Made by a program: the position numbers and the translations under genes
Part shown: positions 28,017 to 38,154 of the stretch, piece by piece
How the letters are laid out: every line of letters starts with the position of its first letter
How positions within the stretch are numbered: position 1 is the stretch's first letter
Assembly (NCBI GenBank): GCA_016190215.1
Contig: JACPRA010000020.1
Coordinates: forward strand, 12,868-76,867
Origin: Candidatus Omnitrophota bacterium
GTDB taxonomy: Bacteria > Omnitrophota > Gorgyraeia > Aquiviventales > Aquiviventaceae
Reading direction: 5' to 3'
Length of the DNA stretch: 64,000 bases
The notes under the pieces: model-generated
Told to the model about the DNA's origin: nothing
The model's input: only the letters and a program-made list of their open reading frames with translations
The model's database searches: none

Positions 28017-28580
28017 TCATGATCCCTTTTTGCCGCCGGCGGCATACCGGTCGTTGAGCGACTTCAGCACTTCGTCGGTGAGATCGTAGACATCGTCGCC
28101 GACGATCAGCGAGCGCTGGTCCAGCACCAGGGAAAATCCGTTCGCCCTGGCGTACGCGGTGACGGCGCCGTCAATCTCATCAAAAATCTGCTTGGCCACC
28201 TGGTTGCGGTCGCGCACCGACTCCCGCTCGCTCTTGGTCTTGAGCCGCTGGAATTCGTCCGACTTCTCTTCCAGCTCTTTCGACTTGGCTTCTTTCGCCT
28301 GGTCGTTGAGCAGCTCCAGGTTCTGCCGCATCTTCTTGAGCTCGCCGAGCCGCCCTTCCAGCTCCGACAGCTTCTGCTTGCCGCGCTGCTCCAGCACCTG
28401 CTCGGTATCCTTGGTGCGCTGGTACTCTTCAAACACACGGACCAGGTTCACGTAGCCGATTTTCAGCTCGGCCGCCTTCAGGACGGGACAGGAGACAGGT
28501 GACAGGAGACAGGTGCCAACCAACAACGCTCGGATGCTCCAGGACATCATCCACGTGTTCAGCCGAACTGGCGTCTTCAT
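28017..28580 (-). CDS. skp: OmpH/Skp periplasmic chaperone
   Basis: Has a signal peptide. The coiled-coil is rich in Lys/Glu (KIGYVNLVRVFEEY...). It sits between bamA and the lpx genes. Confidence 0.7.
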   Translation of the reverse strand: MKTPVRLNTWMMSWSIRALLVGTCLLSPVSCPVLKAAELKIGYVNLVRVFEEYQRTKDTEQVLEQRGKQKLSELEGRLGELKKMRQNLELLNDQAKEAKSKELEEKSDEFQRLKTKSERESVRDRNQVAKQIFDEIDGAVTAYARANGFSLVLDQRSLIVGDDVYDLTDEVLKSLNDRYAAGGKKGS

Positions 28581-28662
28581 CACGTCGTCTCTCCTCATGC
28601 AGTTGTTGTGTCGTCGCATACCTGTCTCACTTGTAACCTGTCACGTGTCACCTGTTACTTTG
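28478..28662. repeat. Family-2 heptamer repeat (GTGACAG), inverted pair flanking the skp 5' end
   Basis: One arm is gacaggagacaggtgacaggagacaggtgcc (28478-28520). The other is cctgtctcacttgtaacctgtcacgtgtcacctgtt (28620-28660). The first arm encodes the Skp signal peptide LLVGTCLLSPVSCPV. Confidence 0.8.
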
Positions 28663-28663
28663 G

Positions 28664-30967
28664 CTAAAAACTCCGGCTGACGTTGAAGTGGATGCGCGGG
28701 GAGCGCTTCTCATCGCCCAACTGGGTGATGGGGAACCCCAGATCCACCCGGACCGGGCCGATCGGCGTGTTCACCCGCATGCCGATGCCGGTGCCGCTCT
28801 CGAATGACTGCCCGAAATCGCTGATGCTCCTCCACACATTGCCCACGTCATAGAAGACCGACCCCTTCAGGATGGACTTGCCGCGCTCATCCTTCAAGAT
28901 GGTCGCCACCTCTTCCAGCGTGCCCATGAAGATCGCTTCACCGCCAATGGGGTCGTTGGAGACGGCGTCCTTCGGGCCGACGCGCCGCTCGCGGAACCCG
29001 CGGATGGTGTCCGCGCCGCCGGCGAAGAACCGCTCGAAGATCGGGACCTGCGCGGTGTTATCGTATTCGTTGACCAGGCCGGTTTTGAGGCGGGTCTCCA
29101 GCGTGAACCGGTCCCAGTGCGAATAGTAGGTGCTGACACCGCCCTGCAGCCGGTAGAAATCCCGGTTGCCGGCCAGCAGCCCGCCGGCCAGGTCGGACGA
29201 CACGAAGGTCACGATGCCGCGCGTGGGCTCGAAGCGGTTGTCCCGCGTGTCCCACGTCAGCGTCGCGTTCGCCACGCTGATGTCGCTGCGGCCCTGTTCC
29301 GCTTTCAAGTCGGCCGACGCGTCCGCCACCACATCCGAGATGTCCGTCCGGAACAGCTGGTAGCCGATCCCCGCGTGGAGGTTTTCGCCGAAGCTCTTGC
29401 CCAGCCGCAGGCCGCCTCCCTGCCGCCGCTCTTCAAACGCCAACCCCAGGTTCCGGCTGCGCAGCCGGGTCCGGCTGAACGCATCCACCCCGAGGGAGAC
29501 CGGATGGCCGAAAATCCACGGCTCGGTAAACGAGAGGTCGAAGTACCGCCGCACCGTCCCGACTTCCACGCGGAAGCGCAAATCCTGCCCCGCCCCCGTG
29601 AAGTTCGGCGGGTTGAAGAGATCGAAGTTGCGCTGCTCGACTTCCACCAGCCCGACGATGCGGTCCACTGAGGAGAACCCGCCTCCGAAGCTGAAGCTGC
29701 CGGTCTTGGCTTCCTTCACGTTGACGATCAGGTCGTCATGCTGCGGCAGCGGCGTCGCCTGCGTGTCCACGTTCACTTCTTCGAAATAACCGAGATTGTA
29801 CAGCCGCTCGATGGACCGGCGGATGCGCGAGCCGTCGAAGGGCTCGCCCGGATGCAGGCGTATTTCCCGCCGCACCACCACGTCTTTCGTGCGCAGGTTT
29901 CCCCGGATGTCAATGCGCCGCACGTAGGTGAGGTCGTGCTCCTCGACCTGCAGCGCCAGGTCCACGCGCTTGCTGGCCGGGTCCAGGGTCGTCGCCGGCG
30001 TCACCACCGCGTGGATGTACCCGCGGTCGCCGTAGTACTGCGTCATCGTGCGCAAGTCTTCCTGCAGCACCTCGGTGTTGTACACCGCGCCCGGCTTCAA
30101 GCGCAGGAGCACTTGCAGGTCTTCCGGCGGGAACAGCGTCACGCCAGCGAGGGAGATCGTCCCGATGCGGTGCTGCAACCCCTCGGCAATTTTCAGGTGG
30201 AGATACAGCTGGCGGCCGGACGGATCGGCGGCCAGGGAGTGCTCCACGCGGACATCCTGGTAGCCGTTGCGCCGGTAAAACGCGCGGATCCGCTCCGCAT
30301 CTTCTTCCAGCACTTGCTCGTCGTACACGCCGGCGGTGAACCAATGCCGCCGCTTGGTCTTCAGCAGCTTCAGGATGCGCCGGTCCGGAACGGCCAGATT
30401 GCCTTCGATGAAGATCCGGCGGATGCGCATCTGCGGCCCCTCATCCGCCACCACGTACACGGTGGCTTGGTTGGTGGCCGGATCGGCGGACACGCTGCTT
30501 TCGACGGCGATCTTCGAGTAGCCCTTGCGGCGGTACTCAGCCTTGAGCTTGTCGACGCCTTCCTTCACCTTGCGGGGGTCATAGAGCTGCCCGGCCTCCA
30601 CGCCCAGCAATTGCCGCAGCCGCTCGACCCGAAACAGCCGGAACCCCTCGAATTCCACCGCGGTGATCGTGGGCTTCTCGGTGACCTGAAAGACCACGCG
30701 CACGCCGTCCGCCGCCGGCTCCGTGGCCACCTGGATGTCGGTGAAGTAGCCCAGCGCGTAGAGCCGGCGGATGTCCTCGCTGACGACGGATTCGGCATAG
30801 AGCATGCCCGGCTTGGTTTGCACGCGCGCCAAGCACGTTTCCGACGCGATGGTGTGCAGGCCGGCCACGTCCACGCTGACGACGCGCGGGGCCTCGTTCT
30901 CCGCCATCGCCGGGGCGGCCCCGCCGATCAGCACGACCCCCAGCCAGAGCGCCTGCCACGCGCGCAT
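28664..30967 (-). CDS. bamA: Outer membrane protein assembly factor BamA
   Basis: 767 aa. Has a signal peptide, POTRA repeats and a C-terminal beta-barrel. Confidence 0.85.
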   Translation of the reverse strand: MRAWQALWLGVVLIGGAAPAMAENEAPRVVSVDVAGLHTIASETCLARVQTKPGMLYAESVVSEDIRRLYALGYFTDIQVATEPAADGVRVVFQVTEKPTITAVEFEGFRLFRVERLRQLLGVEAGQLYDPRKVKEGVDKLKAEYRRKGYSKIAVESSVSADPATNQATVYVVADEGPQMRIRRIFIEGNLAVPDRRILKLLKTKRRHWFTAGVYDEQVLEEDAERIRAFYRRNGYQDVRVEHSLAADPSGRQLYLHLKIAEGLQHRIGTISLAGVTLFPPEDLQVLLRLKPGAVYNTEVLQEDLRTMTQYYGDRGYIHAVVTPATTLDPASKRVDLALQVEEHDLTYVRRIDIRGNLRTKDVVVRREIRLHPGEPFDGSRIRRSIERLYNLGYFEEVNVDTQATPLPQHDDLIVNVKEAKTGSFSFGGGFSSVDRIVGLVEVEQRNFDLFNPPNFTGAGQDLRFRVEVGTVRRYFDLSFTEPWIFGHPVSLGVDAFSRTRLRSRNLGLAFEERRQGGGLRLGKSFGENLHAGIGYQLFRTDISDVVADASADLKAEQGRSDISVANATLTWDTRDNRFEPTRGIVTFVSSDLAGGLLAGNRDFYRLQGGVSTYYSHWDRFTLETRLKTGLVNEYDNTAQVPIFERFFAGGADTIRGFRERRVGPKDAVSNDPIGGEAIFMGTLEEVATILKDERGKSILKGSVFYDVGNVWRSISDFGQSFESGTGIGMRVNTPIGPVRVDLGFPITQLGDEKRSPRIHFNVSRSF

Positions 30968-32310
30968 TACACCTGCGCCAACGTTTCGAATCGCGTGTAC
31001 TCCTTGATGAACGCCAGCTTGATGGTGCCGGTGGGGCCGTTGCGCTGTTTGGCGATGATCACTTCGGCCACCCCCTGGTTTTCCGGCGTGGGGGTGTAGT
31101 AATCTTCCCGGAAGAGCAGGAGCACCACGTCCGCGTCCTGCTCGATGGCCCCGGATTCGCGCAGGTCCGACAGGCGGGGCCGGAAGGTCTCGCGGCGCTC
31201 CGGCGCGCGCGAGAGCTGGCTCACGCCGATCACCGGCACCTCCAATTCCCGCGCGATCGCTTTCAGGCTGCGCGAGATCACCGAGATCTCCTGCTGGCGG
31301 TTGTCCGACTTGTTGGGCTCCTCCATCAACTGCAGGTAATCCAGAATCAGCAGGCCGATGCCGTGGCGGGCCTTCAGGCGCCGCGCGCGCGCCCGCAGCT
31401 CCAGGATCGAGACGCCCGGCGTATCGTCAATATAGATGGGGGCCTCGGAGAGCTTGCCCGCCGCCTGCGTGAGCTTGGGCCAATCGCTGCTGGAGAGCAT
31501 GCCCGAGCGCACGTTGTGGGCGTTGATCCGCGCGTGCGAGCAGAGCAGGCGCTGGACCAGGTTCTCCTTGGACATTTCGAGGCTGAACACCGCCACCGGC
31601 GCGCGCTGGACCAGCGCGGCGTGCTCCGCCAATCCCATGGCGAAGCTGCTCTTGCCCATCGCCGGCCGGCCGGCGACGACGATAAAATCCGCCGGCTGCA
31701 GCCCGGAGAGCATCTGATCCAGCTCGGTGAACCCGGTGGGCAGCCCGGTGGTGGCCCCTTTGCGCTGGTAGAGCGCGTCAATGGTCTCGATGGAGCCCTT
31801 GATCAGCTCCTTGATGGCCACGGCGTCCCGCTTGATCTTGTGGGAGGCGATCTGGAAAATCCGCTGCTCGGCCTGGTCCAGCAGCCCGCTCGCCTCGCCG
31901 GAGGACTCGTAGCATTCCGTGGCGATGCTGGTGGAGGCTTTGATGAGGGAGCGGAGAATGGCCTTGTCGCGGACGATCCGGCAGTAATGCTCGACATTGG
32001 CGGCGGTGGGCACCACCCCCGTCAGGCTGGCCAGGTAGCTGGCCCCGCCGACGGCGTCGAGCAGGTTGCGGCTCTTGAGCGCCTCCGTCACGGTGACGAG
32101 GTCAACCGCCACATCCTGCTGGTAGAGCTGGGTCAGGACGGAGAAAATCTTGCGGTGCGCGTCTTTGTAGAAGGCGGTTTCGTCGAGCTGCTCGAGCGCG
32201 GCGGCCAGGGCGTCCTCCTCCAGCAGCATGGACCCCAGGACGGCCATCTCGGCGTCCAGGTTCTGCGGGGGAAGACGCTCCAGCGACGTCGTCAGTTCGG
32301 ACACATTCAT
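30967..32310 (-). CDS. dnaB: Replicative DNA helicase
   Basis: PQNLDAEMAVLGSMLL is the DnaB N-terminus. Carries Walker A GRPAMGKSSFA. Confidence 0.9.
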   Translation of the reverse strand: MNVSELTTSLERLPPQNLDAEMAVLGSMLLEEDALAAALEQLDETAFYKDAHRKIFSVLTQLYQQDVAVDLVTVTEALKSRNLLDAVGGASYLASLTGVVPTAANVEHYCRIVRDKAILRSLIKASTSIATECYESSGEASGLLDQAEQRIFQIASHKIKRDAVAIKELIKGSIETIDALYQRKGATTGLPTGFTELDQMLSGLQPADFIVVAGRPAMGKSSFAMGLAEHAALVQRAPVAVFSLEMSKENLVQRLLCSHARINAHNVRSGMLSSSDWPKLTQAAGKLSEAPIYIDDTPGVSILELRARARRLKARHGIGLLILDYLQLMEEPNKSDNRQQEISVISRSLKAIARELEVPVIGVSQLSRAPERRETFRPRLSDLRESGAIEQDADVVLLLFREDYYTPTPENQGVAEVIIAKQRNGPTGTIKLAFIKEYTRFETLAQV

Positions 32311-32316
32311 AATCTT

Positions 32317-32420
32317 ATCCTAGCGTACAGCGTACAGCGTGCAGCGTGCAGGAAAGGCGACGCGAGCAACGTGATGTGGTGTGGTTGCCTGTCCGCTCTA
32401 CGCTGAACGCTGTCCGCTAG
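32317..32420. repeat. Heptamer palindromic repeat variant (GTACAGC/GTGCAGC)
   Basis: The left arm tagcgtacagcgtacagcgtgcagcgtgcagg faces a complementary arm cgctctacgctgaacgctgtccgctag. It lies between dnaB and rplI. Confidence 0.7.
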
Positions 32421-32436
32421 CCATACGTCCTGAGGC

Positions 32437-32880
32437 TTAGGCTTTGACGACCCACACTTTGAGGGTCGCCGTGACGTCCGCCGCCAGCCGGACCGGCACG
32501 TCGTAAATCCCCAGGGCCTTGAACGGCTCATCCAGCTGGACCGCCTGCTTCTCCACGGTAATCCCGTCGCGCGCCAGGGCGTCCACGATGTCGCGGGCGG
32601 TCACCGATCCGAACGTCGCGCCGTGCTCGCCCGTCGTCAGCTTCACGCTCAGCGAGTGCTGCTGCACGCGCTGCTTGAGCGATTCCAGCTCCGTCCGCGC
32701 GCGCGTGGCTTTCTGCTCGGCCTGCCGCCGCTTGGCCTCGACCGCCCGTCGCTGCTCCTCCGTCGCCGGGACCGCCAATCCGCGCGGCAGCAGGAAATTG
32801 CGGGCATAGCCGGGCTTGACGTGCACCACCGCTTCGGCCTTGCCGACGCGGTCCACATCTTTCACCAAGATCACATCCAT
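32437..32880 (-). CDS. rplI: 50S ribosomal protein L9
   Basis: MDVILVKDVDRVGKAEAVVHVKPGYARNFLLP is the L9 N-terminus. Confidence 0.85.
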   Translation of the reverse strand: MDVILVKDVDRVGKAEAVVHVKPGYARNFLLPRGLAVPATEEQRRAVEAKRRQAEQKATRARTELESLKQRVQQHSLSVKLTTGEHGATFGSVTARDIVDALARDGITVEKQAVQLDEPFKALGIYDVPVRLAADVTATLKVWVVKA

Positions 32881-32994
32881 TGGACGCTCCTCTGAGGATT
32901 GTCGGTGCACGGCGATCAGCCACGGCCGTCCTGTTGCCGGTCAACGATCACCAGCACGACTCACGTGACCGTCAACCGTGGACCGAGATCGAGA

Positions 32995-33264
32995 TCACCC
33001 GGCCACGTACGGCAGCAGGGCCATGTACCGCGCCCGCTTCACGGCGGTCGCCAGCCAGCGCTGGTGCTTGGCGCAGTTTCCGGTCACGCGGGAGGGCATG
33101 ATCTTGCCGCGATCGGTCACGTACCGGCTGAGGCGCTCCAAGTCCTTATAATCAATGTCCCGCACCTTATCCGTGCAAAACCGGCAGCCTTTGCGGGGCC
33201 CGCGCCGCGCAAACGCCGTCGTCCCTCGTTTTTTCGTCCCTCGCTTTTCAGAACGGCGGTTCAT
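32995..33264 (-). CDS. rpsR: 30S ribosomal protein S18
   Basis: [60 protein letters not shown] matches S18. Confidence 0.85.
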   Translation of the reverse strand: MNRRSEKRGTKKRGTTAFARRGPRKGCRFCTDKVRDIDYKDLERLSRYVTDRGKIMPSRVTGNCAKHQRWLATAVKRARYMALLPYVAG

Positions 33265-33673
33265 CTTCTCCTGGCCCGTCCCCGCCAGCCTCCTGTTGAG
33301 CAAGTTCCTGGGCGGGCTCGGGAGCCGCAGCCCCCTCGTCCCGGCGCGGACCGAGAAATTGGACGCGGTCCGCTTTGACTTCCAGGGTGGAACGGGTCTT
33401 CCCGTCTTGCTCCCAGCTACGATACACCAACCGGCCCTCGATGAATACCGAGCGGCCTTTCTTCAAATATTGATTGCACAGCTCGGCCTGCTTGCCCCAC
33501 ACCACCACCCGAAGAAAACAGACTTCGGTCTTCGGCTCGTTGCCCGCGCCCATAGGGATCGTGGTGTTGACGGCCAAACCGATCGTGGCCACGGCAGCAC
33601 CCGAGGGGATGTAGCGCAGCTCCGGATCGCGCGTCAAGTTGCCGATCAGAAACACCCGGTTCAGGCTCGCCAT
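33248..33673 (-). CDS. ssb: Single-stranded DNA-binding protein
   Basis: Has an OB fold ([21 protein letters not shown]) and an acidic C-terminal tail DEPPF. Confidence 0.9.
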   Translation of the reverse strand: MASLNRVFLIGNLTRDPELRYIPSGAAVATIGLAVNTTIPMGAGNEPKTEVCFLRVVVWGKQAELCNQYLKKGRSVFIEGRLVYRSWEQDGKTRSTLEVKADRVQFLGPRRDEGAAAPEPAQELAQQEAGGDGPGEDEPPF

Positions 33674-33677
33674 GGGG

Positions 33678-34055
33678 CTAGTCTCGGTATTCCCGGTGGC
33701 GTCCAGCCGGCGCCGACGAGCGCTCGCTCAGCACCGGCGGGGTCGTGCCGGCCGCAGCCAGCGCCGCCTCGTCCTGCGTCAGGATCAGGTAGCGGACGAT
33801 GGACTCGTTGAGCTGCAGGAGCCGCTTGAGCTCATCGAGCTGCAGCGAATCGAGACGGAACCGCAGCCAATGATAATAGCCTTCCTGCTGGCGCGCGATG
33901 CGGTAGGCAAACCGCCGCCGGCCCCAGCTGCTGGAGAGGTCAATCTGCCCGCTAAGCTTCTTGACGGGCTCCTCGACCCGGGCGACTGCTTGCGATTGCT
34001 CGGCTTCGGTCCCGATCGCCTTGAGGATGACGAGGGCTTCATACGTCCGGTTCAT
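33678..34055 (-). CDS. rpsF: 30S ribosomal protein S6
   Basis: MNRTYEALVILK is the S6 N-terminus. The start overlaps the pth stop (ATGA). Confidence 0.85.
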   Translation of the reverse strand: MNRTYEALVILKAIGTEAEQSQAVARVEEPVKKLSGQIDLSSSWGRRRFAYRIARQQEGYYHWLRFRLDSLQLDELKRLLQLNESIVRYLILTQDEAALAAAGTTPPVLSERSSAPAGRHREYRD

Positions 34056-34684
34056 TCGTCCGTCTCAACTCCTTCCCGTTTCGCCTCGGGTGCATTCACC
34101 CCGCCCCCAGGGGCGGGGTTCACCCGGTTCATTGCCGTCTTCATCCCGTCCCGGGCCCACACCCGGCATCCGTCAACGGCGATGCGGCATGCCTGATCCA
34201 CCACGGCCTGTTCCTCCGATCGGAACGGCGAGAGCACAAATTCCGTCAAATCTCTCGGCAGCGGAGCGCGGCCCACTCCCACGCGCATCCGCGCCACCTG
34301 CAGCGTCTTGAGGGCTTCAAAACACGACGCCAGCCCGTGGTGCCCGCCGTCGCTGCCCTGCGGCCGCAACCGCACGACGCCCAGCGGCAGGTTGACGTCG
34401 TCGCATACCAGCAGCAACCCCTGCTCGACCTGGATATGCCAGGCTGTTGCCGCCGCCGCCACGGCCCGGCCTGAGGCGTTCATCAGCGTCTCCGGCAAGA
34501 GCAGCCGGACGCGCAACCCGCCTTCCGTCAGCTCGCAGTAGCGGCCCAGAACCTCCCGGCCCTCCCGCAGCGGCTGCCAGGCGGCTCGCGGTCCCGCCAG
34601 CGCTACGACCACGTCCCAGCCCGCGTTGTGGCGCGTGTGCGCGTACGCGTCGCCGACGTTGCCTAATCCGACAATGACCTTCAT
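34052..34684 (-). CDS. pth: Peptidyl-tRNA hydrolase
   Basis: MKVIVGLGNVGDAYAHTRHNAGW. Confidence 0.9.
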   Translation of the reverse strand: MKVIVGLGNVGDAYAHTRHNAGWDVVVALAGPRAAWQPLREGREVLGRYCELTEGGLRVRLLLPETLMNASGRAVAAAATAWHIQVEQGLLLVCDDVNLPLGVVRLRPQGSDGGHHGLASCFEALKTLQVARMRVGVGRAPLPRDLTEFVLSPFRSEEQAVVDQACRIAVDGCRVWARDGMKTAMNRVNPAPGGGVNAPEAKREGVETDE

Positions 34685-34775
34685 TCAGCACACAGCTGAC
34701 AGCACACAGCCGACAGCAGACAGAGGAAACGCCGTAATGAAATGTCTGTGTGCTGTCTGCTGTGTGCTCAAGGCT
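34682..34775. repeat. Family-1 palindromic heptamer element, full hairpin
   Basis: cagcacacagctgacagcacacagccgacagcagacag, then a loop, then ctgtgtgctgtctgctgtgtgct. It lies between the pth start and the rplY stop. Confidence 0.85.
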
Positions 34776-35515
34776 TATTTCTCAGACTTCTTTTCTTCCT
34801 TCTCCGGCTTGGCTTCCGCGGCTTCGCCTTCGGCTTCAGGCTTCTTCTCGCGGATCACTTCCGGCTCGGTGATGGCAGCTTCTTCGGTTTCCGGCTTCTC
34901 TTCCTTCGGCGCCATCACCGAAGCGACCACGCTGTCGGCCTCGGTCAGGATGCGCACCCCGGCGGGGGCGGCCAGATCGCGCACATGGATCGTGTCGCCC
35001 AGCTTCATCGCGGAGATGTCGTGCGCCACCTGCTCCGGGATCTCCGTGGGCAGACACTCCACCTCCAGCTCGCGCAGGAAGTGCTCCAGAATCCCGCTGT
35101 CCTGCTTGACGCCGATGGATACGCCGGTGAGCGCCAGGGGCACTTTCACGCGGATCTGTTCCGTCAGGAGAATGGCTTGGAAATCCACGTGCAGGATGTC
35201 GCCGGTCACCGGGTGGTGGTCCACATGCTTGATGAGGGCGGGCTTTTCCCACTCGGCGGCCGCCTCAGCCTTGGATGACGACGCGCCCAGGCGCAGCGTC
35301 ACCAGCCCATGCTCTCCGGTGCGCAGCTTCAGCACCTGCACCAGATCTTTCCGGACGACGGCAATAGCCGTGGCTTTCACTTTCTTGCCGTAGACCACCC
35401 CCGGCACGATGCCTTCGAGGCGGCTCCGCCGCGACACGCGGGTGCCGAGCGCCTCGCGCGGCTGCACGGTCAGCGTCGGACGCTGGGGTGACGAGATCTT
35501 CTGACGAGCGCTCAT
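34775..35515 (-). CDS. rplY: 50S ribosomal protein L25 / general stress protein Ctc form
   Basis: Has the L25 N-terminal domain plus a Lys/Glu/Ala-rich C-terminal tail (KPEAEGEAAEAKPEKEEKKSEK). Confidence 0.85.
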   Translation of the reverse strand: MSARQKISSPQRPTLTVQPREALGTRVSRRSRLEGIVPGVVYGKKVKATAIAVVRKDLVQVLKLRTGEHGLVTLRLGASSSKAEAAAEWEKPALIKHVDHHPVTGDILHVDFQAILLTEQIRVKVPLALTGVSIGVKQDSGILEHFLRELEVECLPTEIPEQVAHDISAMKLGDTIHVRDLAAPAGVRILTEADSVVASVMAPKEEKPETEEAAITEPEVIREKKPEAEGEAAEAKPEKEEKKSEK

Positions 35516-35542
35516 GTGGACTCCCGGGTATGGTGCCTGGCG

Positions 35543-36517
35543 TCAGCCATGCACTCCGTCAAACAACGAACTGATGGACTGCGAGTAATGGATCCGCCGG
35601 ATGGCCTCGCCCAACAAGGGCGCCACCGACAACACGGTCAACTTGGGATGCCGTTTCTCTTTGGACAGGGGGATGGTGTCGGTCACGATCAGCTCCGTCA
35701 GCGGCGAGCGGTTGATATTGTCGAAGGCGTTGCCGGACAACACCGCGTGGGTGATGGCCCCGTAGATCGCTTTGGCGCCCTGCTGGTGCAGCGCCCGCGC
35801 CGCTTCCATCAGCGAGCTGCCGGTAGCGATCAGGTCATCCACCATCAGGCAGACGCAGCCCTTCACTTCCCCCAGGATGTGCATCACCTCGGTGGCCTCG
35901 GGGCTCGTGCGCCGCTTGTCCACGATGGCCAGCCCGGCCCCCAGGCGCTTCGCATAGGCGCGGGCCATCTTGATGCCGCCCACATCCGGCGACACCACGA
36001 CGAGGGGCTTCAGGCGCTTTCGTTTGACATACTGCGCCATCACGTTGATGGCGTAGAGGTGATCGAGCGGGATGTCGAAAAATCCCTGGATCTGGCCCGC
36101 GTGTAAGTCCATGGTGATCACGCGGTCCGCGCCAGCGGTGGTGATGAGGTTGGCCACCAGCTTGGCGGTAATGGGCACCCGCGGCTGGTCCTTGCGGTCC
36201 TGCCGGGCATACCCGTAATACGGCACCACCGCCGTAATCCGCTTCGCGGACGCCCGCCGGAGCGCGTCAATCATGATCAGCAGCTCCATGAGGTTGTCGT
36301 TCGGCGGCGAGCACGTCGGCTGCACGACGAAGACGTCTTTACCGCGGACGTTTTCATTGATCTTGACCCGGATTTCCCCTTCGCTGAACCGCCCGACGAA
36401 ACAATCAGACAGCTTCACCCCCAGGAACCGGCAAATGGCGTCGGCCAAGCGGGGATTGGCGTTCCCGCTGAAGACGGACAGCTCTGAGGCGAGTTGTTTC
36501 GGAGTTACGCGCGGCAT
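35543..36517 (-). CDS. prs: Ribose-phosphate pyrophosphokinase
   Basis: Has the Prs family PRPP-binding loop and DLHAGQIQGFF. Confidence 0.9.
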   Translation of the reverse strand: MPRVTPKQLASELSVFSGNANPRLADAICRFLGVKLSDCFVGRFSEGEIRVKINENVRGKDVFVVQPTCSPPNDNLMELLIMIDALRRASAKRITAVVPYYGYARQDRKDQPRVPITAKLVANLITTAGADRVITMDLHAGQIQGFFDIPLDHLYAINVMAQYVKRKRLKPLVVVSPDVGGIKMARAYAKRLGAGLAIVDKRRTSPEATEVMHILGEVKGCVCLMVDDLIATGSSLMEAARALHQQGAKAIYGAITHAVLSGNAFDNINRSPLTELIVTDTIPLSKEKRHPKLTVLSVAPLLGEAIRRIHYSQSISSLFDGVHG

Positions 36518-36529
36518 GCCGTCACGGTG

Positions 36530-37960
36530 TTATCGTTTCTTCCGCTGCACGGGCCGCGGCCGCGGGACCGGGCGGCGGACGGCCGGCTTCGCCTTGCGGG
36601 CCGGAGCCGGCTTTCGAGCCGGCGCAACCTTCGCGCGCGATCTGGCCGCCGGACGCGGAGCAGCCGCCGGGCGGGACGCCGGTTCCGGATGATCGCCATT
36701 CTTCGACGCCTTCTCCAGCAACCGCGCCGGCACGCCGACGACGACGCCGCGCTGCGGCACATCGTGCCCCTTGGGCACGACACTGCCCGCACCCGTGACC
36801 GCGCCGGGGCCGACCTTCACCGGGGCCACCAGCACCGTATCCGAGCCGATGAAGGCCCCTTTGCCGATCAGGGTGGCGTGTTTTTCTTTGCCGTCATAAT
36901 TCGCGGTGATGGTGCCCGCGCCGATGTTGACGTCGTCTTCCACGGTGGAATCGCCCAAGTAGCTCACGTGGCCGATGCGCACGCGCTCGCCGATTTTGGC
37001 GCGCACGAGCTCCGCGAAGTTGCCCACCCGCGTGCCATCGCCGATGGCGACCCCGCTGCGCAGCCGCGCGAACGGCCCGATCGAGCAGCGGCGGCCGATG
37101 TGGACGCCGGATTCGATCACCGTGCCGGGGTGGATCACCGTGTCCTGGCCGATGGTCACGCCGTGATCGATGTAGGTGGCGTGCGGGTCCACGATGGTGA
37201 CACCATTGTGCAAATGCGCGTCCACGATCCGCTGGCGGATGATGCCGGTGGCTTTGGCCAGCTCGACGCGGGAGTTGACGCCCAGCGCTTCCAGGGCGTT
37301 ATCGAGCCGGGCCGTGCTGAATTTCGTGCCGGATTGCTGGGCGAGCAGTCCCACCGCTTGCGTCAGGTACCACTCTTTGGTGGCGGAGGCGGGCTTGACC
37401 TGGGCCAGCGCTTCAAAGAGCGCATGCGCTTTCAGGCAGATGGGGCCGACGTTGACTTCGCGGACGGCCCGCTGCGCGAGATTGGCTTCCGCTTCTTCCA
37501 CCACGCCGGTGACGACGCCGGTGGCGTCGCGGATGACGCGCCCGTATCCGGTGGGGTCCGCCAGGTGCGTGGTCAGCAAGGTGCAGGTGGAGCTGGCCCG
37601 GCGGTGGGTTTCAATGAGGCGCTGGATCGTCGTGCGGCGCACCAGCGGGGTGTCGGCGTACAGGATGACGACGTCGCCGGAGAATCCGCCGAGGGTGCGT
37701 TTGGCCAGAGCCACCGCGTCGCCGGTGCCCAGCGGCTTGGGCTGAATCACCACCCGGGCTTCTTTGGGGAGGATCGGCTTCACCTGCTCGGCCGCCTTGC
37801 CGAGGATGACGATCGGCTGCTTGACGCCGGTTGCTGCGGCCAGGTCCAAGGCATACGAGATCATCGGGCGCCCGCAGATCGGGTGCAACACTTTCGGGGT
37901 CTCCGACTTCATCCGCGTCCCGTCGCCCGCAGCCAGGATGATGATTTGGACAGCGCTCAT
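36530..37960 (-). CDS. glmU: Bifunctional GlcNAc-1-P uridyltransferase / GlcN-1-P acetyltransferase, with basic Pro/Arg/Lys-rich C-terminal extension
   Basis: MSAVQIIILAAGDGTRMKS is the GlmU N-terminus. Hexapeptide repeats follow. The protein ends in a roughly 55-aa tail ...PRPAARSRAKVAPARKPAPARKAKPAVRRPVPRPRPVQRKKR. Confidence 0.85.
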   Translation of the reverse strand: MSAVQIIILAAGDGTRMKSETPKVLHPICGRPMISYALDLAAATGVKQPIVILGKAAEQVKPILPKEARVVIQPKPLGTGDAVALAKRTLGGFSGDVVILYADTPLVRRTTIQRLIETHRRASSTCTLLTTHLADPTGYGRVIRDATGVVTGVVEEAEANLAQRAVREVNVGPICLKAHALFEALAQVKPASATKEWYLTQAVGLLAQQSGTKFSTARLDNALEALGVNSRVELAKATGIIRQRIVDAHLHNGVTIVDPHATYIDHGVTIGQDTVIHPGTVIESGVHIGRRCSIGPFARLRSGVAIGDGTRVGNFAELVRAKIGERVRIGHVSYLGDSTVEDDVNIGAGTITANYDGKEKHATLIGKGAFIGSDTVLVAPVKVGPGAVTGAGSVVPKGHDVPQRGVVVGVPARLLEKASKNGDHPEPASRPAAAPRPAARSRAKVAPARKPAPARKAKPAVRRPVPRPRPVQRKKR

Positions 37961-38084
37961 CGGTCTGTGTGCTCCTTACCAACCTCGTTGCTGTGCCGAT
38001 TCATGATACCGTTTCTCTAACAGTTGCCCCGACGTGACGAGGATCGCGGCTCCCTTCGAGCCCTGGAATACCCACGACAAAACC

Positions 38085-38154
38085 TGGGGAGCCAGGGCTC
38101 GAACCTGGACGTAGGGCTTCAAAGGCCCTTGTGCTACCGTTACACTACTCCCCA
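38085..38154 (-). tRNA. tRNA-Gln (anticodon UUG)
   Basis: Manual fold of the reverse complement TGGGGAGTAGTGTAACGGTAGCACAAGGGCCTTTGAAGCCCTACGTCCAGGTTCGAGCCCTGGCTCCCCA. It has a 7-bp acceptor stem, anticodon loop CTTTGAA (TTG) and T-loop TTCGAGC. CCA is not encoded. Confidence 0.85.

Noticed and set aside
36494-38020. 508-aa plus-strand ORF
   Set aside because: Antisense to glmU, which has unmistakable motifs.
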